Below, one piece after another: positions 7,632 through 14,587 of a DNA stretch of 16,820 bases. Every line of letters starts with the position of its first letter. Position 1 is the first letter of the stretch. The translations under genes and the position numbers were made by a program. Source of the stretch: a candidate division WOR-3 bacterium (GTDB taxonomy: Bacteria; Hydrothermota; Tepidihabitantia; Tepidihabitantales; Tepidihabitantaceae); contig CBFGIY010000055.1 of assembly GCA_965648935.1 (NCBI GenBank), forward strand, positions 1-16,820, in the 5' to 3' direction. The notes below the pieces were generated by a model that worked only from the letters and a program-made list of their open reading frames with translations, had not been told where the DNA came from and ran no database searches.

Positions 7632-10600
7632 ATGGTCAGCATGGGCCGGATGACGCTGGCCGCGTTGATGCTGGCGGCGACGGCCAGCGGCGCTGCCGTT
7701 GACACGATGTGGCTGAGGCACTTCAACGGCGACACGTTCGTGCGCCTGAACCAGGCAGCCGACATGGTTGTGGACACGACCAATGATGCGGTCTACGTAT
7801 GCGGTTCGGTCGCTAACCCGGCCTCGCCCCGCCTGACCGATATGGGCGTCGTCAAGTACAACCGAGCGGGCCAGTACCAGTGGCACCGGGCCTACGGCGG
7901 CAACGCTTCGGCCGGCAGCGAGGACGATATGGCCCACGCCATCGCGCTTGATCCTTCAGGCAGCGTCTACATCGTCGGCGTTACGACGAACAACGCCCCG
8001 CGCGTCCTCGATCAGTCGTGGGCCAAGTACAGCCCGGCCGGAACCCAGGTCTGGGCGCGCAAGAGCCTTGACGCCAACGGCGACGATGCGTTCTATGATG
8101 TCGCGGTCGGCCGCAACGGGCAGGTCTACGCGTGTGGCACGCGCACCGACCCGGCGACCGGTCTGTCCGCATATGTCGTTGCGCGGCTCAATCCCTCCAG
8201 CAGTTCGCCGGACACCCTCTGGACTCGCGCATACATTCTTGATACGACGGCGAAATACGGCAAGCGCGGGTCGCGGCGCGATGTGCACCCCGATTTCCTG
8301 ACGACGGACTACTCGGACTGGGACAACTGCGCCACGGCCATCGCCATCGACCCGCGCGACGGCGGCGTGGTGACCACCGGTTTCGGCTACGACAACATCA
8401 ACGACTTGTACTACGAGTGGTGGACGATGAAGCATGACACGCTCGGCGCGCTGGTCTGGCAACGGGTCAGCCACACCGCCAACTCGGCGGTCATCGACGA
8501 TGACGATGTGGCCTTCGACGTTGTCGTGGATGATTCGGGTAACGTCTACGCCTGCGGCTTCACCTACTACAACAGCACACGCTGCTACGACTACGCGGTG
8601 ATGAAGTTCAGCCCGACCGGGGTGCGGCTCTACTCCCGTGAATACAACAACAGCCTCGAGGATGACGACGACTGCGCTTACAGCCTGTGTCTGGACAACG
8701 TAACACCCTACCCGAATCTTTACGTCACGGGCTATGTAGGTCAGCCTGCTTCGGGCCGCGACGTGGTGACGATGAAGTTTGCGACCCAGACGATGTCGCA
8801 GGTCTGGGGCGCGGCCACTGTCGGCGCACTGTATGACGGCGGCCGGGGTTATGGCGACGATGCCGGGTACCGCGTGCAATGGAAGGGCGGTAAGGTGTAT
8901 GTTGCGGGACTGAAGGGCGTGTACGCGCCACCGCCGCTCGTGAACAGCGATGACCTGCTGCTTCTGTGCTACACTGATGCAAACTCCGTGGGGGTGCCCA
9001 AGCTGACGGAGTGGACGTGGTCGTATGGCTCGCCCTCGGGCGACAGCGCGCGGTTCGAAGACTACGCGGCGGCGCTGTGGGTCGGGGACTCCAATAACAT
9101 CTATGTCGCCGGGCAGTGCACGCGCGACTCGCTCGGCCGGACCTACAAGTCCATGGTCACGGCCCGGCTCTTTCTGCCGCGGCCCGACGCTGCTGTCGGG
9201 GCCATCCTCGCCCCGCTGGACACCGTCGCGCTCGGCGACAGCATCAGGCCGCGCGCGCTGGTGCACAACTTCGGCAACACGCGGGCGAGCTTCAAGTCCT
9301 ATCTCACGATCACCGGCGGCTACGCAGACAGCGTCGCGCATCTGCTGCTCGCGCCGGGCGATTCGGCTGTTGACACCTTCGCGCTCTGGGTCGCGGGCGC
9401 GCCCGGGCCGGCAGTGGTGCGCTGCACCGTGGCCCTGACCGGCGACACAGTGCCGGCCAACAACGCGCTTGCCGAGTCGATCTTCGTCGCGGTGCGCGAT
9501 GTGGCCTGTTCGCTTGTCGTTGCCCCGGTCGGAGTCGTCGATTCGGGCGCGACGGTGACGCCCCGGGCCTGGCTGGTCAACTATGGCAACATCGCAGAGC
9601 AGTTCGAGGCGGTGTTCAAGGTCGGCGGGTTCTATGCCGACACGGTGAGCGTGAACCTGCCGGTCGGCGGTACCGCTCTCGTCGCTTTCGCCGACGTGAC
9701 GTTGCGCCAGCGCGGCTCCTGGATGGTGGGCTGCTCGACGATGCTGGTAGGGGACAGGGTTCAAACCAACAACCGTGCTGAGGCTCAGGTGCTGGTGCGC
9801 GTGACCGACGCGGCACTGGCCGCGGTCGAGGCGATTCCCGACACGGTCGATTCGGGCAGCGTGCTCGCGCCGGTTCTGCGGGTGGCCAACCGCGGCACTG
9901 ACAGCGCGGCGGTGCGCTGCTTCCTGCGGCTCGCTTATGGTGTCACCATAGCTTACGCCGAGTCGACCGAGGTTACGCTTGCGCCCGGGGCGGAGTCGCT
10001 GGTCGGTCTTGCCCAGACCGCGCCGCTGTCGCCGATGGGCAACTGGCGATACGGGGCGCGTGTCCGGCTTGTGGCCGACCAGGTGTCAGCTAACGACTCG
10101 GTCGGTCGCGGATTCTATGTCGCGCCGGCCGGTGGCTTGGCCTGGCCTCCGGGCTGGGAAGAGGTCGCTTCAGTGCCCACTGGCGGCGCGCGGCCCGTCA
10201 AGGACGGCGGCAGCCTGGCCGCGGTGACGCTCAACGACACGGCATGGATCTACGCGCTCAAGGGCAACAAGACCGGCGAGTTCTACCGCTACCGGCTGGC
10301 GGGCGACGAGTGGCAGCCGAGGACCGCGCTGCCGAACGGCCTTGAGGGCCGGCCTGCGGGCCGGGGCACAGCCCTGGTCGAGCAGCCTGACGGAGCGGTG
10401 TACGCGGTCAAGGGCAACAACTCGCTGGGGTTCTGGCAGTACACGCCCGCGACTGACAGCTGGCACCAGCTTGCCGACGTGCCGCTCGGCGTCAACCGCA
10501 AGAAGGTAAAGGGTGGCTCGGACCTGGTCGTCCGGCGCGATGCCGGACGCGAGTATGTCTACCTGATGAAGGGTTACAACAACGAGTTCTACCGCTATGA

Positions 10601-11399
10601 CATCGCCGCGGGCACATGGCAGACCCTGGCCGAGATGCCGGTAGGCGGTAACCCGAAGTGGTACAAGGGCTCGTTCCTTGTCGCCGATGCCGAGCGCTAC
10701 ATCTACGCTCACAAGGGCAAGCACGGGGAGTTCTGGCGGCACACCGTCGGAACTGATTCGTGGACGCAGATGGCCGGCCTGCCGCTGTACAACTCCTCGG
10801 GGCGGCGCAAGAAGCCGGGCGACGGCGCGTCGGGCGCCTACTACAACAGCTCGATCTACGCGCTCAAGGGCGGTAACACCAATGAGTTCTGGCGGTACGA
10901 GGTCGCGACGAACCAGTGGACCCAGCTAGTTGCGGAGAGCCTGCCCTCTTTCGGTTCCTCGATGCGCAAGAAGCGCGTCAAGGCTGGTTCGGACCTGGTC
11001 TACAGCAGTTATGCGCTCTGGGCGCTGAAGGGCAATCGCACTTTCGAGTTCTGGCGCTACGGCATAGCGCTCGGCCCTCTTTCGCCCGGCCCCGAGCGCA
11101 CGGCCCTGGCCGGCTCGGCATCTGGAGGAGTCCTGTCCGGCTATGGCCTGACGCTGTCACCCAATCCGGCGGGCAGGAAGGTGACCGTACGCTGGGCTAG
11201 GAGCGCAGGTGGCGTGCCCGGCAGGACGGCCCTGGTCGTCTACGATGCTCTCGGCCGTGCGGTGTACGTGCGGCCGCTGGCGCGGCCGGTCGCCGGCGAG
11301 TTCACGCTCGACCTGAGCGGGCTGGCCGCCGGTGTCTACCTTGTGCGCCTCGAGGGAGCGGCAGGCACTGTGCCCGGGCGCAAGCTCATCGTTCGCTAG
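7632..11399 (+). CDS. Large secreted paralog: signal peptide, SBBP-like beta-propeller, three Ig/CARDB-like repeats, Kelch-like propeller, T9SS-like C-terminal domain
   Basis: GGGGAGG RBS between the upstream stop and this ATG. Signal peptide present. 'AIALDPSGSVYIVG' and 'DVVVDDSGNVYACG' repeats. Three 'D.A...I.AP...V..G....P.A.V.N.G' Ig repeats (~9180-10130). 'YALKGNKTGEFYRY' repeats. CTD 'LSPNPA...VYDALGR...LAAGVYLVRL...RKLIVR'. Confidence 0.88.
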   Translation: MVSMGRMTLAALMLAATASGAAVDTMWLRHFNGDTFVRLNQAADMVVDTTNDAVYVCGSVANPASPRLTDMGVVKYNRAGQYQWHRAYGGNASAGSEDDMAHAIALDPSGSVYIVGVTTNNAPRVLDQSWAKYSPAGTQVWARKSLDANGDDAFYDVAVGRNGQVYACGTRTDPATGLSAYVVARLNPSSSSPDTLWTRAYILDTTAKYGKRGSRRDVHPDFLTTDYSDWDNCATAIAIDPRDGGVVTTGFGYDNINDLYYEWWTMKHDTLGALVWQRVSHTANSAVIDDDDVAFDVVVDDSGNVYACGFTYYNSTRCYDYAVMKFSPTGVRLYSREYNNSLEDDDDCAYSLCLDNVTPYPNLYVTGYVGQPASGRDVVTMKFATQTMSQVWGAATVGALYDGGRGYGDDAGYRVQWKGGKVYVAGLKGVYAPPPLVNSDDLLLLCYTDANSVGVPKLTEWTWSYGSPSGDSARFEDYAAALWVGDSNNIYVAGQCTRDSLGRTYKSMVTARLFLPRPDAAVGAILAPLDTVALGDSIRPRALVHNFGNTRASFKSYLTITGGYADSVAHLLLAPGDSAVDTFALWVAGAPGPAVVRCTVALTGDTVPANNALAESIFVAVRDVACSLVVAPVGVVDSGATVTPRAWLVNYGNIAEQFEAVFKVGGFYADTVSVNLPVGGTALVAFADVTLRQRGSWMVGCSTMLVGDRVQTNNRAEAQVLVRVTDAALAAVEAIPDTVDSGSVLAPVLRVANRGTDSAAVRCFLRLAYGVTIAYAESTEVTLAPGAESLVGLAQTAPLSPMGNWRYGARVRLVADQVSANDSVGRGFYVAPAGGLAWPPGWEEVASVPTGGARPVKDGGSLAAVTLNDTAWIYALKGNKTGEFYRYRLAGDEWQPRTALPNGLEGRPAGRGTALVEQPDGAVYAVKGNNSLGFWQYTPATDSWHQLADVPLGVNRKKVKGGSDLVVRRDAGREYVYLMKGYNNEFYRYDIAAGTWQTLAEMPVGGNPKWYKGSFLVADAERYIYAHKGKHGEFWRHTVGTDSWTQMAGLPLYNSSGRRKKPGDGASGAYYNSSIYALKGGNTNEFWRYEVATNQWTQLVAESLPSFGSSMRKKRVKAGSDLVYSSYALWALKGNRTFEFWRYGIALGPLSPGPERTALAGSASGGVLSGYGLTLSPNPAGRKVTVRWARSAGGVPGRTALVVYDALGRAVYVRPLARPVAGEFTLDLSGLAAGVYLVRLEGAAGTVPGRKLIVR

Positions 11400-11420
11400 T
11401 CGGTCCGGACAGGTAACCGC

Positions 11421-11441
11421 GGGCGGGCCTCTGGCCCGCCC
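11421..11441 (+). terminator. GC-rich hairpin after the secreted-protein operon
   Basis: GGGCGGGCC-TCT-GGCCCGCCC 9-bp perfect stem 21 nt after the stop. No clear U-tract. Confidence 0.5.
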
Positions 11442-11511
11442 CCCCTGTCTGGTGTCGAACAGGCGACCGGTACCGGGGCTCTGGCAGGTTTCCCGCCTCG
11501 GGGGGTTGTAG

Positions 11512-11541
11512 TGAACCGCCCGGCTGTCGCCGGGCGGTTCA
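11512..11541. terminator. 13-bp perfect inverted repeat between convergent operons
   Basis: TGAACCGCCCGGC-TGTC-GCCGGGCGGTTCA, 28 nt downstream of the minus-strand DUF35 stop at 11570. Confidence 0.55.
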
Positions 11542-11569
11542 GGTGGAACGGGCTTCGCGCCCGTGTGAA

Positions 11570-12049
11570 TCAGGCCGGTCGGAAGTGGAGGATGTCGGTG
11601 CCGGCGCCCTCGCGCTTCTTCTCGGGCTTGAACACCGGCTTGACCTTCATCCCGATGTGCAGGTCCTCGACCCTGACGTCGCCAAGCCGATGCACCAGCG
11701 CCGTGGTCGCGCCGTCAAGCCGGACCAGGCCGACCAGTTCGGGTTGGTCGAGCGGTCTGCCGTCGAGCCCGACGTGGACAGCGGTCCAGGATTCGAGCGT
11801 GCCGGCAGGGCCGACCTTGACCCAGGACTTCTCATCGATCGCTGCGAGGCATTTCTCGCAGTACTGCTTGGGCGGGACATAGGTCTCGTCACACTCGCCG
11901 CAGCGTGCGCCCCAGAACTGGCCCGAGTCCTTGATGGCGCGCAGGAAGCCCTCGGCGGCCACGCCGGCGGTGTAGCGGCTCTGGACCGGCAGCTCGCCGT
12001 ACCAGACGCCGGCATCGGTATTGCGATAGATGCGGTTCTTGAAAGGCAT
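11570..12049 (-). CDS. DUF35-family Zn-ribbon/OB-fold protein (thiolase/aldolase partner)
   Basis: 'GARCGECDETYVPPKQYCEKC', 'GTLESWTAVH', 'LVRLDGATTALVHRL', 'GMKVKPVFKP...DILHFRPA'. ATG 12049 follows TAAGGAGG, so the ORF-track start at 12277 is an over-extension. Confidence 0.9.
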   Translation of the reverse strand: MPFKNRIYRNTDAGVWYGELPVQSRYTAGVAAEGFLRAIKDSGQFWGARCGECDETYVPPKQYCEKCLAAIDEKSWVKVGPAGTLESWTAVHVGLDGRPLDQPELVGLVRLDGATTALVHRLGDVRVEDLHIGMKVKPVFKPEKKREGAGTDILHFRPA

Positions 12050-12060
12050 CGTCTCCCTCC

Positions 12061-12615
12061 TTACGCCGGCTTCCAGTAGAGGATGTCGGTAATGGCGCCC
12101 TCGCGCTCGGCCTGGGGTTTCCACACCGCCTTGACCCTCATACCGCGGTGGACCTTCTTCGGGTCGACGCCGCCGATGAGGTGCATGATTCCCATTCCCG
12201 GTGACGCGCCGTCGATTTCGATGACCGCGGGTATCTGGGGTTCCTTGGTGCGCCGGACGTCCCAGGTCACGTAGCACAGCGAGAACGTGTTGATCGTGCC
12301 AGTGTCCTTGATGTCGACCCAGTCATCGACCGGTCGGAAGCACTGCTCGCAGAAGGCGCGGGGCGGCACCATGGTCCGGCCGCAGGCCTCGCACCGGACC
12401 CCGATGATGCGGCCTTCCTTTAGCGCGGCAAGATAGCGGGTCATAGCCACACCGCGGTCGTAGGCGTACTTCGCGTCGGCGACCCAGGCGGTGGTGCAGA
12501 CTCCGCCCTGGTGAAACTGCTCGTCGGAGAGCCCGTGCGCGACCGCCCCGTAGGGCGGCGCGGCAATGGTGCTGTCTGCCGGCGTTCTGGTCTTCGATCT
12601 GGTTGTTTTCGCCAT
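12061..12615 (-). CDS. DUF35-family Zn-ribbon/OB-fold protein
   Basis: 'GVRCEACGRTMVPPRAFCEQC', 'TGTINTFSLCYV', 'GMRVKAVWKP...DILYWKPA'. AGGAG RBS overlaps the upstream stop. Confidence 0.9.
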   Translation of the reverse strand: MAKTTRSKTRTPADSTIAAPPYGAVAHGLSDEQFHQGGVCTTAWVADAKYAYDRGVAMTRYLAALKEGRIIGVRCEACGRTMVPPRAFCEQCFRPVDDWVDIKDTGTINTFSLCYVTWDVRRTKEPQIPAVIEIDGASPGMGIMHLIGGVDPKKVHRGMRVKAVWKPQAEREGAITDILYWKPA

Positions 12616-12623
12616 TGTAACTC

Positions 12624-13784
12624 CTAGATTCCGAGTACGACCACGGCTCCGAACTGCATAAGGTCGCCCCAGGCCTGAGCCACGCCACGCCTGGCCTTGC
12701 GGGCAATCTGGCGCTTGCCCGCCTCGCCGCGCAACTGCCAGAACAGCTCGGCGATCTTCATCAAGCCGGCCGCAGCGATGGGTTTGCCGACGCCGAGCAG
12801 GCCGCCCGAGGGGCAGACCGGCAGCTCGCCGTCGCGGGCGGTGATGCCGTCGGCGGTGAGCTGGGGCGCCTCGCCCCGGCCGCAGAGCATCAGGCCTTCC
12901 ATATGGTGTAGTTCCTTGTAGTCGAATGGGTCGTAGGGCTCGGCGACGTGAATCTGGTGGCGCGGGTCGGTGACCCCGGCCATCTTGTAGGCCATCCGCG
13001 CCGCCTCTTCGAGGTAACGCGGGTAGCAGAGGTCGCGGTTGGTCCAGTAGGCGGTGTCCAGGGCCCAGCCGACACCTTCGATCCAGACCGGCTTATCGGT
13101 GTAGCGGCGGGCGACCGACTCGCTCGCCAGCATCACCGCGACCGCGCCGTCAGAGACCGGACTGACATCGAGCCGCTGGACCGGCCACGCCAGCACCTCG
13201 GAGCTGAGAATGTCCTCGATTGTCGCCTCCTTGGCTATCTGGGCGGCCGGGTGGAGCAGGGCGTTGTTCTTGTTCTTGACCGCGACCCGGGCGATGTCTT
13301 CCTTTTTCAAGCCGTAGGTCGTCATGTAGCGGTTCATCTCCAGGGCGAAAATCCAGAGGAGATTCGGCTTGAGGGGCCGCTCGGTGGTGTGGTCGAAGAT
13401 GGTCAGAAACGCACCTTGGGCGTGGGGCTGGAATGTGGACATCTTCTCCTCGCAGACCACGAGGCAGGTGTCGAAGTGGCCCGAGGCGACGTGGTACCAG
13501 CCCTGCGCCACCGAGAACACCCCGGTGCCGCCGCCGACGTAGCCGCGCATGTAGGGTTTGCCCCAGCAGCCGGCGCCGTCGGAAAGGTACTCGCCCTTCA
13601 TATGGACGCCGTCAAAGGTGTCCGGCGCGGTGCCGAGAACGACACTGTCGACCTGGTTCATCTTCATCCCGCAGGACTGCAGGGCCATGTGTGATGCCTG
13701 GAACGCGAGTTCCTTGCCGGTTTCCTGCGCCCGGCGCACGAACTTCGTCATCCCGGCGCCGACGATTGCTACTCCGTTGCCCAT
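12624..13784 (-). CDS. Thiolase-fold (SCPx/Ltp3-like) protein lacking the catalytic Cys; probable aldolase-type subunit
   Basis: 'VAIVGAGMTKF', 'VVLGTAPDTFDGV', 'YVGGGTG' at the usual Cys loop, 'CLVVCEEKMS', 'VAVKNKNNALLHP', 'SPVSDGAVA', 'AEPYDPF', 'CPSGGLLG'. GAGGAGG RBS. Confidence 0.88.
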   Translation of the reverse strand: MGNGVAIVGAGMTKFVRRAQETGKELAFQASHMALQSCGMKMNQVDSVVLGTAPDTFDGVHMKGEYLSDGAGCWGKPYMRGYVGGGTGVFSVAQGWYHVASGHFDTCLVVCEEKMSTFQPHAQGAFLTIFDHTTERPLKPNLLWIFALEMNRYMTTYGLKKEDIARVAVKNKNNALLHPAAQIAKEATIEDILSSEVLAWPVQRLDVSPVSDGAVAVMLASESVARRYTDKPVWIEGVGWALDTAYWTNRDLCYPRYLEEAARMAYKMAGVTDPRHQIHVAEPYDPFDYKELHHMEGLMLCGRGEAPQLTADGITARDGELPVCPSGGLLGVGKPIAAAGLMKIAELFWQLRGEAGKRQIARKARRGVAQAWGDLMQFGAVVVLGI

Positions 13785-13878
13785 TTGTCCTCCTCAGGCG
13801 GTCACGACCGCGACCGCGGCACCTGCAGTCGGCACGCCGCGCCAGGACTGGACAACAGCGGCCCGGCGGCGCGAGGTC

Positions 13879-14160
13879 GTGCGGGCCATCGAACGGCTGA
13901 CCGACCGGGAGCGGCATTGCGTGCTGGGGGTGTACGAGCGCGGCGAGTCGGTGGCGGCGCTGATGCAGCGGCTGGGCCTGTCCGAACGGCAGGTGCGCTA
14001 CGCGCTGCGCCGAGGAATGTACCGGCTGCGCCGGACCTGCGCCCGACCGTCGCGGGCGCGAGTAGATTCCGGGCCACGGGGTTGGCCCGGCAGTGAAGGG
14101 CGGGCAAGCGACCCGCCCGCGAAAGAGCTGGCAAGTCAAACCAGGAGGTATGATGGCTGA
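13879..14160 (+). CDS. Sigma70 region-4-like helix-turn-helix protein or fragment (start uncertain, possibly a truncated relic)
   Basis: Translation 'VRAIERLTDRERHCVLGVYERGESVAALMQRLGLSERQVRYALRRGMYRLRR' matches the sigma region 4 pattern (L..L..RER..............S..EIA..LG.S...V.....RA...LR). No good RBS. The stop overlaps the next gene's start. Confidence 0.55.
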   Translation: MRAIERLTDRERHCVLGVYERGESVAALMQRLGLSERQVRYALRRGMYRLRRTCARPSRARVDSGPRGWPGSEGRASDPPAKELASQTRRYDG

Positions 14161-14518
14161 CCCGACCAAACGAATCGCCAAGTGGGACGCCAAGTTCAAC
14201 ACGGAGCGCATCGAGGCGGCGCTGGATGTGATGCGCCCGACGATGCTGGAGCGCGTGAATGCGGTGTTCCCCTCCATCGTATCGATGGAGACGCAGGTCA
14301 AGCAGGTGCTCGACACCGAGGGCGTGCCGACCGTGGACTACCCGAGCTACATGGCCTACGGCCGGGAGCTGTGGCGGCTGCAGCGCAAGGAAATCTCGGG
14401 CACGTCGATGCAGCTTGAGGCGCTGGTCCTGCTGAACAAGTGGGTGGCGCGCGGGTTCACGCAGAGCGTGCTCGAGGCGATACGGCTGCAGGTCTTCAAC
14501 GTCTCCGCGCCCGTCTGA
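14153..14518 (+). CDS. 121-aa protein homologous to the rudivirus (SIRV2-type) major capsid protein
   Basis: AGGAGG at 14143-14148 before ATG ATG. 'RIAKWDAKFN' versus SIRV2 'RYAKWQAKFN', and co-linear L/P/P/S/V..VL...G/Y..[FY]G....R/SG/VL[DE]A pattern. The SIRV2 sequence was recalled from memory, not searched. Confidence 0.8.
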   Translation: MADPTKRIAKWDAKFNTERIEAALDVMRPTMLERVNAVFPSIVSMETQVKQVLDTEGVPTVDYPSYMAYGRELWRLQRKEISGTSMQLEALVLLNKWVARGFTQSVLEAIRLQVFNVSAPV

Positions 14519-14536
14519 CGCGACGCGGCCTGCCGC

Positions 14537-14572
14537 AAGAAAAGAGACGCCCGGTGATTGGCCGGGCGTCTC
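14537..14572 (-). terminator. Intrinsic terminator for the thiolase-DUF35 transcript (may be bidirectional)
   Basis: Stem GAGACGCCCGG/CCGGGCGTCTC (14544-14572). On the minus strand it is followed by TTTTCTT. It lies between convergent stops at 14518 and 14588. Confidence 0.75.
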
Positions 14573-14587
14573 CCTGTCTGCTTGTGG

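Noticed and set aside
2406..9764. Long antisense ORFs (2406-3665, 6693-7937, 7956-9764) and the many short alternative-frame ORFs
   Set aside because: They shadow well-supported genes, show no recognisable motifs, and are expected from stop-codon scarcity in GC-rich DNA.
6396..11060. Recurrent 'ctcaagggcaacaa' / 'gagttctaccgcta' DNA repeats as a CRISPR-like or DGR-like array
   Set aside because: They are irregularly spaced, degenerate at third codon positions, and fully explained by Kelch-like protein repeats. No cas or reverse transcriptase gene is present.
13558..13878. N-terminal part of the 200-aa plus-strand ORF as a full-length ECF sigma factor
   Set aside because: Most of it is antisense to the thiolase gene and it shows no sigma region 2 pattern. 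Only the region-4-like part is credible.
14093..14152. GTG start at 14093 for the capsid-like gene
   Set aside because: AGGAGG at 14143-14148 points to ATG 14153 (or 14150), and the capsid similarity begins right after that.
13795..14572. Intact prophage or IS element
   Set aside because: No integrase, transposase, replication gene, terminal inverted repeats or convincing target-site duplication is visible.
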